64,000 bases of DNA, taken from Octopus vulgaris. Lineage: Eukaryota. The stretch is from assembly GCA_951406725.2 (NCBI GenBank), contig OX597824.1, forward strand, positions 20,770,001 through 20,834,000, written 5' to 3'. Shown one piece after another: positions 12,863 to 26,429 of the stretch (position 1 is the first letter of the stretch; every line of letters starts with the position of its first letter). The notes beneath the pieces are model-generated. The model saw nothing but the letters and a program-made list of their open reading frames with translations. It had not been told where the DNA came from and ran no database searches. The position numbers and the translations under genes are program-made.

Positions 12863-13705
12863 ATGGTCTTAACTTTAAAAGGTGGTGCTCCAGCATGGCC
12901 ACAGTCCAAACGACTGAAACAAATGAAAGAATAAAAGAATGTATGTATAGTACATGGATATACTGTATACATATGCATACACATGCACACATGCATGGTT
13001 GTGTTGTCAAGAGGTTTCCTTCAAAACTTTGGGGGTTCAATTCCGCTGCACAGCTCATGGATTCTACTAGAAGCCCTAGGCCAGGGGTCCCCAAACATTT
13101 TAGACCATCGACCCCTTCAGGGATCAATATCGACCAATTTGGAGACCCCTGCCCTTGGCAGATCAAAGTGATGTGAGTGAATTTTGTAGATGGAAAACTG
13201 AAAGAAGTGCATATGTGGCATGGCTGTGTGGTAAAGAAGTTTGCTTCACAACCACATGGCTCTGGGTTCAGTCCCACTGCACGGCACCTTGCACAAATAT
13301 TTTCTATTCGCCTTGAGCTGACCAAAGCCTTGTGAATGGATTTGGTAGACAGAAACTGAAAGAAGCTTGTCATATATGTGTGCTGTGTCTATGATTGTCC
13401 CCCATCCTCTGTCCACCTGCTTGACTGCTGATGTTGGACAATCTGTGGAGTCATATTTTGTAGTGAAAAGAAATAACGGTCTTTTGGCTGCTATTTCTAA
13501 ATTTTCGGTATGTGGTGAAGCAACTTGTTGCTAAACCCTTAATTATTGTTATAATTATATATATTAAAAAAAAAAATTTTGTTTAAGTTTTTACCGAATC
13601 TGGTTCTTTTCCATACCGAAACAACTACTTGGTAAAATTTATTAATTATTAAATTAATCATTTACCCTATATCTGTAATGATTATATATATATATATTCA
13701 GTATT

Positions 13706-14119
13706 CGGATCTTTTCGCTTTGAACGGCAGTTTTTTCTAGCAGTGTCATATGAAATTGTCACCCATAATTATGACCCTAGTATCGATCTATTGCATTTCA
13801 ATCTGTTTTAGGGTTAGGGTGGGGGGAAGGGTATCTTTTTTTCTTCACAAATGTAAATAAACCCAATCTGTTTCTTAAACGAGTGACATATTCATACGGC
13901 ACAATGTTTTTTTTTGACCTCAATGGACGTCATTGATTGGTTGAAATTGCAGAACTTGAAGAAACGAAACAACAAATATCTTACAAACTATAGAATTTTC
14001 TCAATAAAGCCAAGAGAAAAAGATGTTTTATAAACACATTCTACCAGTATACGAAGTTTAAAATTTTTTAGTTACCTAGAAATTATGTTAAAAACTGCCG
14101 TTCAAACCGAAAAGATCCC
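13706..14119. mobile_element. ~415-bp MITE, ~28-bp TIR (GGATCTTTTCGGTTTGAACGGCAGTTTT), 6-bp TSD AGTATT
   Basis: TIRs and TSD read directly. Homologous copies at 47166 and 48509. Confidence 0.85.
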
Positions 14120-14285
14120 AGTATTTTTAATATTGATAAATAAGACAAATATTCTAGCTGTTACCACAAAGACACTCTGTGACAATCTTGTGGTTATCTC
14201 ATGGAACAACACACCAAGAGAGTCTTGTAACTGCACATAACCTTGATGATCTTCCCATTTTGAGGTGGGTTACCAAAAGCACTAT

Positions 14286-14670
14286 ACTCTTTTACTTGTT
14301 TCAGTCATTTGACTGCGGCCATGCTGGAGCACCACCTTTAATCGAGCAACTCGACCCCGGGACTTATTCTTTGTAAGCCCAGTACTTATTCTATCGGTCT
14401 CTTTTGCCGAACCGCTAAGTGACGGGGACATAAACACACCAGCATCAAGCAATGCTAGGGGGACAAACACAGATACACAAACACATATATATATTTATAC
14501 ATATATACGACATGCTTCTTTCAGTTTCCGTCTACCAAATCCACTCACAAGGCATTGGTCGGCTCGGGACTATAGTAGAAGACACTTGCCCAAGGTGCCA
14601 CGCAGTGGGACTGAACCCGGAACCATGTGGTTGGTAAGCAAGCTACTTACCACACAGCCACTCCTGCGCC
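14286..14670 (-). mobile_element. SINE family A copy
   Basis: Full-length match to 43602-44004. Confidence 0.85.
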
Positions 14671-14969
14671 TATGGTTATTTTTTTCTCATGACTTTTTGC
14701 TCGGAATTCATTTAGTATATAAAAGGGTTGGATGTGTGAAACGTAGATGTATTTTTAAAACAAATGTCCCTCTCATTTTTGGGTGTTTCCAGTATTCACT
14801 GGCATTCACTTCCACCTCCTTGAAAGAGGTTGAAAACATCTTATCAAACTCAAATTAACACTTGCAATGCTCATTTACACACATATGTACTTAAATATGC
14901 ACATATGTAGATACACACACACACACTCATAAATACATTATACGGGGATACATCCACCAATATTATTTA

Positions 14970-15079
14970 CATATATTCAAACACACATGCACACATACAC
15001 ATATATATGTATGTGTGTGTGTATGTATATTTGTACATATATATCTGTATGTATATATATGTATAAATATATATATATG

Positions 15080-15118
<39 letters not shown>

Positions 15119-15527
15119 ATATATACATATATATATATGTGTGTATATATGTATATATACATGTATATATATGTATATATATATATGTATATATACGTGT
15201 ATATATATGTATATATATGTGTGTATATATATATGTATATATACATGTATGTATATATATGTATATATATATGTGTGTGTATATATATATGTATATATAC
15301 ATGTATATATATATGTGTATATATATGTATATATGTGTATATATATATATGTGTGTATATATATGTATATATATGTGTGTATATATATATGTATATATAC
15401 ATGTATATATATATGTGTATATATATGTATATATGTGTATATATATATATGTGTGTATATATATATATATGTGTGTATATATATATATATGTGTGTGTAT
15501 ATATATATATGTGTGTGTGTATGTATA

Positions 15528-15575
<48 letters not shown>

Positions 15576-15598
15576 CATATTTACACACACACACACAC
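14970..15598. repeat. (TA/TG)n compound microsatellite
   Basis: Direct reading. Similar tracts at 1950-2120, 36530-36810, 44735-44990 and 56900-57130. Confidence 0.9.
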
Positions 15599-16352
15599 CA
15601 GACCTGGTACCGAACACAAAACTTGATGCAAGGAAACTGACACTTCACCTCGTAAGTACCAACTGCCATTATTTCAGTGTGTCTGAGACACACCTAATTA
15701 ATATAGAAATAGATTCGGTTCAAATTGAAAAGTTGAGACAGATTTAATGTAATAGATAAATACTGAAGGAAAGAGAGAGAGAGAAAGATACTCAACATGT
15801 GTGTGTGTATATATGTGCACGTGTAGAATATATAGGATATAGAGAAATTGAATGTAATAAATAACCAGGTAGATCGATAGGGAGAGAGCGAGGGATAGTG
15901 TAAGGGAGTTCGACAAATTCTGTCTGACCCATGCAGGTATGGAGAAGTAGACGTGAAATGATGATGATGTTCCTTTAGTTGTTTCATTCACTTACTTCAA
16001 CAAATTGACCTCAAGACTTACCCTTTGTAAACCGAGTACTTATTCTATTGGTCTGTTTTGCCAAACCGCTTGGTTACGGGGGATGTAAACACACCAACAT
16101 CGATTTTCAAGCGATGGTGTAAGGACAAACACAGACACACAAATACACACACACACACACACATATACGGCGGGCTTCTTTCAGTTTCTGTCTACCAAAT
16201 CCACACACAAGACTTTGATCGGCCCGAGGCTATAGCAGAACACACTTGCCCTAGTTGTCATGCAGTGGGATTGAACCCGTAACCATGTGTTTGGGAAGCA
16301 AGCTTTTTACTATACAGCCACTCCAATAAAATATTATATGCTGTTACTATGT

Positions 16353-16409
<57 letters not shown>

Positions 16410-16576
16410 CGTTTTGGGATTTGGTTTGCAAGATTCTTTACGTGAGTTCGTGTGTTGAAGTATATTCTGTTGTGTCTGGAGAGAGTCATTTTCTTTTGAT
16501 GCCTTACACTACTGAAAAGGTTGGAAGATGCAAGGAAAACTTTAGAAAAATAAAAAAGAAATAAGTGGAAATTTTA

Positions 16577-16631
<55 letters not shown>

Positions 16632-17044
16632 CATGCACATACCTTTTTAAAAAAGAAACATATATTGGGGACTGATACAGAAAAAGATACCTGGTTGTAG
16701 CTGGAAGGCTTTTGTCAGAAGTCTGTTCAGTCATATCTGAACTGGGTTTAAACAACAACAACAACAACTATATATGTAACCAATTAACGAGGAATTCTCT
16801 ATGTCGATGATTCCCAACCCTTCCACTGCTATTTAATCCTTTGACTTGATTTATTTCACAATTTACTTTCCTGATTCTACACACATAAAAAAAAAGCACT
16901 AAATAAATATAAAAGCCTATGTCACTGCCCATACGCTACCTTTAGGATAGCATGTTAGTATTAGCCTTAAATTAAATAGAAATTCCCGCTGTGTTGATGG
17001 CTTCTTTTAACATATATATAACACCCCACCTACATATATATATG

Positions 17045-17081
<37 letters not shown>

Positions 17082-18160
17082 GTGAGATTGCTTTTTGATT
17101 GTTTTCTCATTTCTTGCTTATCTTTATCAGTTTCATTTCATCCTTATCTTAGAGTTATTTACAATTTTGCTTCCTTTTCGTTTTGACTTAAAATATAATA
17201 ATGCAGTCGAGAACTTTATGATGCGATTTTTGTTAAGAATAAGATATTTTTGATATCTACTTTTTAAGCATTTTTTTTTTTGTTCTTCGTTTTTGTTTAT
17301 TGCTACATCAAAAACTTATTTTAGACTTATGCTTCGCATGTAACTTGAATCACCATCCTATCTTATCGCTTTTGCTCTCTACTATTCATATCAAATAGAT
17401 GATGCATGGATAGCAATCACTTATGTATTAGTTTTGTCAGCTGTCATTCGTATATATAATGAGTTTCTCTTATGTCATAACGATACAACTCTAGTATTTT
17501 AGTTATCAAATCAGTTAGCCATTTCGTGCTTCCATCACCTCTTGTCTCAAATTTCAAACTGTAATTTATTTCATTTTTCTTAAACCTTCATGTGTATGTT
17601 TATAAAGCATCCTAAAATAGGAATCAGCCGACGCAGAGAATGAGAAGAGAAGATAACTTCGTTTTGTAATCCGCTCCACAGTTTCATAATAAAATGTCTA
17701 TCAATCATCTTCATGCGCTTCTTTATTGATCTCGCTCAATAGATGTCATGCTCTTTTGATCAGAAATAGAAATGGAAGAATTGGTCTTGCGTTATTATTG
17801 ATGTTATCCAAATAATATGTTACCATTATTGAGAAATCTCTTGTAGACGAATGGGACATAGACACTTCGTAATTCTATCTCCGTTATGTTTGTCCTCTGG
17901 AGAATTGTTCTTCTGTAATTTGGATGAGATGTGTGTTTATATGCGTATGTGCACACGTATGTATGTGTGTATATTATACATATATATGTATATGTACATA
18001 TACACACATTTTACACAAATTTTTTAATAGCATTTTTCCGATGGCTGGATAACTGAAGAGATGGCGGTGTGGTTTTCCACCTTGGCATCCGAAACTCGGA
18101 GTTTTATCGTGGCTACCGAATAATTGTAACATATTACATTTACAGATATATATATATATA

Positions 18161-18450
18161 TCTTTATATATAAAAGTGAGGTTGTGTGATGTCTGTCTCC
18201 TACGATTTAGATTCCTAACTACTCCCACATTTTGCGGTGCAGTTTAACCAAAAGCGGGTATCTTATAGTCGTGATTCATATCGAGCCCTTCTGGGTATTA
18301 GCACGCGTCTACGATTTAAAAAAAAATTTATCATCACTTTTTTCCATTTTTAATGCATTTTTTGCTATTATATAAGGGAAGTAACTCTCTAAAAAGGCTT
18401 ATATATTTATTTCCCTTACAAACCTGAGCAATGCTGGGCGATACTGCTAG
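18161..18450 (+). mobile_element. Non-autonomous Helitron-like element
   Basis: A|TC start, subterminal hairpin cctgagcaatgctggg, CTAG|T end, no TSD. Confidence 0.75.
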
Positions 18451-19780
18451 TATATATATATAGTATATATAGTATAGTGTTATTGGACGCTCAGGAAAGA
18501 AAGAAGGAGGATTTAACGTTTCAAGCGGAGCTCTTCGTCAGAAACATAGGAAAAGGAAAGGTTCAAGGAAGGGAAGACGGGGAAAGAAAATCGCCAACAA
18601 TATACATGCGGTCACATATTGAAATGACGGAGCACTCCGCCGGTTACGACAACGAGGGTCCCAGCTGATACAATCAATGAAACAGCTTGCTCGTGAAATT
18701 AACATGCAAATGGCTGAGCACTCCACAGACATGTACCCCTAATGCAGTTCTCAGGGAGATTCAGTGTGACAAGGCTGGCCCTTTGAAATATAGGTACAAC
18801 TTTTTTTTTGGTAGCTAAGTAGACTGGAGCAACATGAAATAAAGTGTCTTGCTTAAGGACAGACACATCACCTCTAAGTTATGGGGACGTAAACACACCA
18901 ACATCAGTTGTCAAGTGATGGTGGGGTAACAAACACAGACACAAAAATACATATACATATATTATATATATATACGATAGGCTTCTTTCAGTTTCCATCT
19001 ACCAAATCGACTCACAAAGCTTTTGTCAGCCCAAGGCTATAGTAGAAGACACTTGCCCAAGGTGCCACGCAGTGGGACTGAACCCGGAACCATGTGGTTA
19101 GGAAGCAAGCTTCTTACCACACTTCCATGTCTGTGCCATATATTGTCATCATCATCATCATTATTTACTGTGCTTTCTATGCTGGCATGGATCGAATAAG
19201 TTTTACAGTGTCCAGTAAGCCGTAGGGCTACATCAAACTCCAATGTCAGCTTTGATATGATTTCTATAAATGGATGTCCTTCCTAACACAAACCACTTTA
19301 CAATGCACACTGGGTGTTATCTAAGGGTGGATGCGAGTAGCTGGGAAAAAGATACAGATGGTTGTGATGAGATGCCGGAACATCTCAAGATACAAGGTGG
19401 ATATAAGAGAGAATACAGACAGCACATGTGTGTGTATGTATGTGTGTGCTATGAGTTTCCACACAATTTCCTTCTACCAAATTCTCTCACAAGGCATTGC
19501 TTGGCCCAGTGCTAAAATAAAATAACCCCAAATTGTTTTAGACTAAGGTTAAAAGCTAAGTTTTAGGGACTGTCTCAAAGGTTTTAGAGTAGAGCAGAGC
19601 AGGAAAAAAAACTCAGGTTTTAGAATTAAGCTGAAAGCTAAGTTTTAGAGTGAAAAGTTAAGTTTTCGGACAGTTTAAAGATAATCTAAAAGCTAAGATT
19701 TAGAATCATATTGAAAGCTAAGTCAGCAAATTTTTCTTATTTAGTAAATTCATCATTTCCAATTCAAATCAAATCACTAA

Positions 19781-20174
19781 TCTCTATATATATATAAAGC
19801 TGAAGTTGTCTGTGTATGGCAGGTTTGGTAGCCTTCAACTAACACTATCTCCTCCGAGACCCTGCAGCACAAGTTGACCAAAATTAAGAGTATGATAGAA
19901 GAAGGCTTGCTCTTCCTTCCGTAGATGAAAAAATTCAAATCGGACCATGTTAACACCAAAAATTATTTACATCAAAAAGGTGCTTTTTTTCTATGAAAAT
20001 CCCTATTTTTTACGATTTTTTGACTGCTGTGTTACCATTTTTCGGTGTTTTTCAACCAGAAAAATGTTCACTTAAAGACAATAACAAGCTACATAATGCA
20101 AAATTTTTACTTTTCAAAAATTCCAATTCTAAAGGGTCGAAACAAACCTGAGCAACGCCGGGCGATACTGCTAG
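19781..20174 (+). mobile_element. Non-autonomous Helitron-like element
   Basis: A|TC ... cctgagcaacgccgggcgatactgCTAG|T. Confidence 0.75.
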
Positions 20175-20326
20175 TAATATATAAAATATTCATTTGATTC
20201 CTCAGTGGAATTGTTTTGAAGAGGAATTAATGGCTTCTGGTATTCTTTTATTTCTGAAGTAGCTTTTAATTTGAAAAAACTGCTGAATGTTCCTCCATTA
20301 TTCACAGAATGTGTTTATCTTTGCAG

Positions 20327-20407
20327 ATGTACCAAAGACGACCGTTTACATTCTCCTAGATGGCATCATTTGAAAATATGTTGCTGAGACCTATAAAGAA
20401 GTTCCTG
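20327..20407 (+). CDS. Probable upstream exon of the DUF229 gene (5'UTR plus MASFENMLLRPIKKFL from ATG 20360)
   Basis: Unique sequence bounded by tttatctttgcag| and CTG|gtcagt. The 16 codons join in frame to either acceptor (28539 or 28548) upstream of ATG 28557. Confidence 0.45.
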
Positions 20408-20436
20408 GTCAGTTCAAATTCGTTTTCCTTCTATTC

Positions 20437-20467
<31 letters not shown>

Positions 20468-20781
20468 TTGTTGTTGTTGTTGTGCTATTGTTTTTATCCA
20501 TCATCCATTGTTTTTGTTGTTATTGCTGATCGTTTGTTTATTCTCTTATTCCTTTGTTCATTATTGTCGTTATTGTTCTTCTTATTATGCATTCATCATT
20601 ATCGTCGTCATCGTCCGCTTGATGATATTACTCAGTACAATATCTTATACATATATATGTACATAGGAGCAGTCGCGGCTGTGTGGTAAGATGCTTGCTT
20701 CCCAACCACACGGTTCCGGGTTCAGTCCTACTGCGTGGCACCTTGGGCAAGTGTCATCTACTATTGCCATACTTATTATAT

Positions 20782-20815
<34 letters not shown>

Positions 20816-21194
20816 GTGTGTATATATATATGTCTGTGTATATGAATTGGCTCCTATGCAGGTGGCACGTAAAAAGCACCATTTGAGTGTAGCCGTTGCC
20901 AGTACCACCTGACTGACCCTCGTGCCAGTGGAATGTAAAAGCACCCACTACACTCTTGGATTGGCTGGCGTTAGGAAGGGCATCAAGTTGTAGAAACACT
21001 GCTAAATCAGGTTGGAGTCTGGTGCAGCCATCTGGCTCGCCAGACCTCAATCAAATCTTCCAACCCATGCTAACATGGAAAGCGGATGTTAAATGATGGT
21101 GATGATATGTATATGAATATATATATATATATGTATACAAATATATATATATATGTGTATATACAAATATGTATATAAATATATATATATATAA

Positions 21195-21231
<37 letters not shown>

Positions 21232-21627
21232 TTGAGGTAAGGTTGTGTATCTTGTTTCCACGAGTACACACACACTTCATAGATCTAAACCACATAGAGA
21301 TATAGAATATCTACTTGCTGGAAGTTAGTGTACTTAGTTTCCATCAACATAATTAATCTTACCTGCAAATGTTTATTTTTTGTTATAAGAGATAGAATTA
21401 TAGGAAAATAAATATATGTCAGTTTCGCCCCAAAATATTAATAATAGTTTCTTGTGAGTGGGGCATGATGCCAATTCTTGTTTTTTTGGGGGTTTTTTTT
21501 TTTCATAATTTTTATTTAGATCCTTAGGACTCATGTTTTCATGGGTCAAACCAAGTATATTTGAGGCAGATTTTTCTATGACTGGGTATCCTTCCAGTCA
21601 CCAACCCTCATCAACATAATATTTAGT

Positions 21628-21930
21628 GGAGGCACATGGCATAGTGGTTAGAGCAGCGGACTTGCAGTCGAGGGATCGCGTGTTCGAATCACAGACCGGA
21701 CAATGTGTGTGTTTATGAGCGAAACACTTAAGCTCCACACGTCTCCGGCAGAAGGTAATGGCGAAACTTCTGCTATCTCTTTCGCCACAGCTTTCTCTCA
21801 CTCTTTCCTCCTGCATCTTGCAGCTCACCTGCAATGGACCGGCGTCCCATCCAGGTGGGGAACCTATACGCCAAGAAACCAGGAAACCGGCCCTTATGAG
21901 CCAGGCATGGCTCAAGAAAGAACAAACAAC
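21628..21930 (+). mobile_element. tRNA-derived SINE family D (Arg-like head), tail variant 2
   Basis: A box tagtggttag, B box gttcgaatc, core shared with 57814. Confidence 0.75.
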
Positions 21931-22132
21931 AAAGCATAATATTTCCCCATGACCAACCATGTCCTTGCGGAATATTAGAAATGAATGGTGCTGCAGGCAT
22001 GGTTGTGTGGCTTAACTGAGTGGTTATTAACCTTGTTTCCCAGCAAGCGGTACCTTTGGATACCGCACGGTACTTTGGGAAAGTGTCTTCTATTTATGTT
22101 CCCAGGTCAGCCAAAGCCTTCTGAATGGACTG

Positions 22133-22460
22133 GTGACCCCCTTCGGTCAGACACTGATCATGGGTTTGCACCTAGAGAGTTACCCTCTAAGGCACAAGTC
22201 TGGGCAAGGTTGTTTTATGGAAGACCAGCAGTCGCCCATGCATACCGGCCGCCCCTCTCCACGTCACCGATGTTGTCCAAGGGAAAGGCAAGGGCCGATA
22301 CAGCTTGGCACCTGTGACGTCGCAACTCATTTCTACAGCTGAGTGAACTGGAGCAACGTGAGATAAAGTGTCTTGCTCAAGAACACAACACGCAGCCCGG
22401 TCCGGGATTCGAGCTCACAACCTCACGATCGTAAGCTCGACGCTCTAACCACTGAGCCAC
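22133..22460 (-). mobile_element. tRNA-derived SINE family E
   Basis: Reverse complement reads gctcagtggttagagcg...gctcgaatccc (A/B boxes) followed by a ttcttgagcaagacacttt core. Confidence 0.75.
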
Positions 22461-23265
22461 ATTGTAAACAAGCATCCTCATCCAGTTTTCCTTAAAACTA
22501 TGTCTGGCCATGGGTAAATATTTCATGTTACCAAGATGGCAATGGTAGGGTAAGTTCTGAGATCATTCAGTACAAGAGAGCAGGAAACTAGGCTGCCTCT
22601 GTGAAGAACATAGGTGCAAGTGTAGACGTATGGTAGAAAGTTTACTTCCCAACCACATGGTTCTGAGTTCAGTCCCCCTGCATGGCACATTGGGCAAGTG
22701 TCTTCTCTAGCCCTGAGCCAGCCAATGTCTTCTGAGTGGATTTGGCTGGCAGAAACTAAAAGAAACCAATTGTGTGTGTGTTTGTTTGTTCATTCACTCA
22801 CTCGTTCAATTAATCGATTGATTGATGGGTTCTTCGAGTCTTTGCGGATCAAATTCTCTCACAGGGTTTTTGTTGGCCTAGGGCTATAGTATATATGTGT
22901 GTGTATATAGACATATATATATATTTAGAGACAGTAGGAATGGTGAATCTTGAAGCAAATTAAGCTATAAATAATAGTGTGTAAATACTGGGAAAAAGAA
23001 AATCCAAGGCAGCCCAGCCATTGATTTTTTGTATCACTGGGGGTCTTTAACCTAACCTTTATGCACAATTAGCTTTATTTGCTTCAAGATTCAGAGTTCC
23101 TAAATTGAATTTTTTCACATTCTTGAAGTTTTGAAGTTCTTATGATGTCAAGAACATACATACCTATATATATATACACATATATACAGAGAGAGACTCA
23201 GAGAAAGAGAGAGAGATCCACGCATACATATATGTATGTGTGTGTGTGCATATATATATATATCC

Positions 23266-23296
<31 letters not shown>

Positions 23297-24648
23297 CCAT
23301 CATCGTTTAATGTCCGCCTTCCATGCTGGCATGGGTGGGTCTATTCTTTTCAGTCATTTGACTGTGGCCATGCTGGAGCAATGCCTTTAGTCAAGCAAAT
23401 TGACCCCAGGTCTTATTCTTTGTAAGCCTAGTACTTATTCTATCGGTCTCTTTTGCTGAACCGCTAAGTTACTGGGATGTAAACACACCAACATCGGTTG
23501 TCAAGCGATGGTCGGGGAGACAAACACAGACAAACAAACATATACATATATGGATACAATGGGCTTCTTTCAGTTTCCATCTACCAAATCCACTCACAAG
23601 GCTTTGGTCGGCTCAAAGCTATAGTAGAAGACACTTGCCTGAAGTGCCATGCAGTGGGACTGAACCCAGAACCATGTGATTGGTAAGCAAGCTACATACC
23701 ACACAGCCACTCCTGCACCCTATATATATATACACACATATATATATATATATATCTGTGTGTATATGTACGTATGTATGTATGTATACATACACAGACA
23801 CACGCACGCACACTCACGGTTACACATATGTATTAGCTGTTAACAGAATAGACATAAGCCATATATTTTATTGCTGATGAAATTACAGTTTATTTTCTGG
23901 TTATTAATTTTGTTTCATGGATAAATACACTTGCATAATTGTACGTATAAACATGTGTATGCATGGCTTTGTGTCCATGCACATGTATACATTTGTGTGC
24001 GTATATATGAGTGTGTGTGTGTGTGTATATATATTATTATTATCATCATCATTTAAAGTCTGCCTTCCATGCTGGCACAGGTGGGACATATATATATACA
24101 CATATACATATATATGTGTGTGGTGTGTGTGTGTTTGTGTGTCTATATATCTATCTGTAATGGATATATGTATGAGTAATATACTGATTTCATATTTTGG
24201 CACAAGGCCTGCAATTTCGGGGGATGGAGGAAAGTCCAAGAGAAAAGGAAGATGAAGGGAAAAAATTGCCAACAATTCACATGTAGTTACATTTTGGAAT
24301 GTATACATAAGTATATGATGGCTGTCCACTCATGACCAAGGAAAACCATTACGGACCTTTAGGAACATTGTGTGCTCAAGACTACCTTATACTTTACATT
24401 TGCGGCTCTGTTGGTGACTAATGAGCCCTGCTCTTGACAAACATACATGACTGCAAAAATTACAGACCAAGCTTTCCCAATTCGTTACTCTTGCAGTGAG
24501 TTTTCAAGCAGCATGCTTAAATTCTTCATGAAGAATACATGCTCTTTCAAAGGTATCATCTCGCTCCTTTACCTGTTTCATCCATCCGTGGCAATGATTA
24601 GCATTGCTCTCCCAGTCAGCCTTCTACATTTCACAGGCCTTTAATGAG

Positions 24649-24681
<33 letters not shown>

Positions 24682-24686
<5 letters not shown>

Positions 24687-24948
24687 CATGACCGACCAGG
24701 CTATCAGATGCTGCTACACATCGCTGGTCACAATGCGCTTCGCATTGTTTTAGTGTTCAAATGATGCCACCCCGCTGGCTAAGCGAGCAGGCCAACAGAA
24801 GAAAGAGTGAGAGAAAATTGTGGTGAAAGTGTACAGCAGGGATCGCCACCACCCCCTGCTGGAGCTTTAGGTGTTTTTCGCTCAATAAACACTCACAACG
24901 CCCGAAACCGCAATCCTATGACCGTGAGTCCGCCGCCCTAACCACTGG

Positions 24949-24952
<4 letters not shown>
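24682..24952 (-). mobile_element. SINE family D, tail variant 1, inside (TA)n
   Basis: Reverse complement matches 57814-58120. Confidence 0.8.
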
Positions 24953-24999
<47 letters not shown>

Positions 25000-25983
25000 G
25001 CACACACACATATATATGGCATATCTGGGTTCCTACATGTGTTTATGTTTATGCATCCCTATGGATGTGTGTGTGTGTTTGAAAGCATAGGTAAATTTTT
25101 GTCTTAAAAGTGTTAAAACTGCCACCACCAGTTATATATACAAAATTCAAAGCAGCAAAAATTAATTTAAAAAGAAAAAAGAAATTTTTTTTTAAGAAAA
25201 TATAAAACATTTCATGTGAAAATAGTTTTTAAAATCAAGAGTGCTTGATAGCCCTCTGTGGAATTTTTCTGCTAATTCCAAAAATGCAGCTGAGGAAATT
25301 ACTCGTTGAATACCATAATTAATATAGAATTAGATATATGAGGAAGTTAGCTGAATATAAATTTCCTTTCGTTTTTCAAAGCACTTGTTTATTTTTCTCA
25401 TTAGTATTATTGTTGTTGTTGTTGTTGTTGTTGTTGTTAATGCAAGAGAAAACCTCATTTATTACTTGAGTTTGGATTGTTCCATTGGGGAAAGAAAAAT
25501 CCAATCCATCTGTATTTATTAGTCCCTTGTGAATAAGACTGAACCAATTTTTGGAAACTTTCCTTCTTGATTTGGTAGCGCTGTCATTGAATACACAGAC
25601 TGGAAGTCTTTGAATGTTGTGGTATCTTATGATTTTGTTAGAGACTGTAAGATAAGAAAACAGGTTGTGCTCTTGCTGGTGTTCATGGGTTTCATGTTTA
25701 ATACTATTGCGTGGCACCTTGGGCAAGTGTCTTCTACCACAGCCTTGTATTTACTAAAGCCTTGTGAGTGGATTTTGTAGACAGAAACTGAAAGAAGCCT
25801 ATCATGTGTGTGTGTGGGTGTGTGTATGTAAAGTGAACTGGCGGAACTGTTAGCAGCATTTCTCCAAGCTTTATGTTCTGGGTTCAAATTCCGCCATGGC
25901 CAACTTTGCCTTTTGTCTTTTAGGGGTCACTAAAACAAGTGCCAGTTGAGCACCGGCTCTGCCCTCCAACTAAAATTACTACC

Positions 25984-26200
25984 TTTACTCTCTTTACTCT
26001 TTTACTTGTTTCAGTCATTTGACTGCGGCTGTGCTGGAGCACTGCCTTTAGTCGAGCAAATCAACCCCAGGACTTATTCTTTGGAAGCTTAGTACTTATT
26101 CTATCGGTCATTTTTACCAAACCACTAAGTTACGGGGACGTAAACACACCAGCATCGGTTGTCAAATGATATTGGGGGGACAAACATATACACACTCTCA

Positions 26201-26240
<40 letters not shown>

Positions 26241-26429
26241 TATATATATAATATATACATATATACGATGGACTTCTTTCAGTTTCCGTCTACTAAATCC
26301 ACTCACAAGGCTTTGGTCGGCCCAAAGCTATAGTAGAAGGCACTTGACCAAGGTGCCACACAGTGGGACTGAACCCGGAACCATGTGGTTGGTAAGCAAG
26401 CTACTTACCACATAGCCACTCCTGCACCT
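25984..26429 (-). mobile_element. SINE family A copy within a cluster of family B fragments (25830-27000)
   Basis: Full-length match to 43602-44004. Confidence 0.85.

Noticed and set aside
24290-24645. Possible old LINE fragment on the minus strand (similar case at 48160-48470)
   Set aside because: Only faint motif resemblance, too degenerate to call without a search.
25440-25680. Unique-looking open stretch, possible extra exon (similar case at 51657-51860)
   Set aside because: No recognisable protein motif or convincing acceptor/donor pair.
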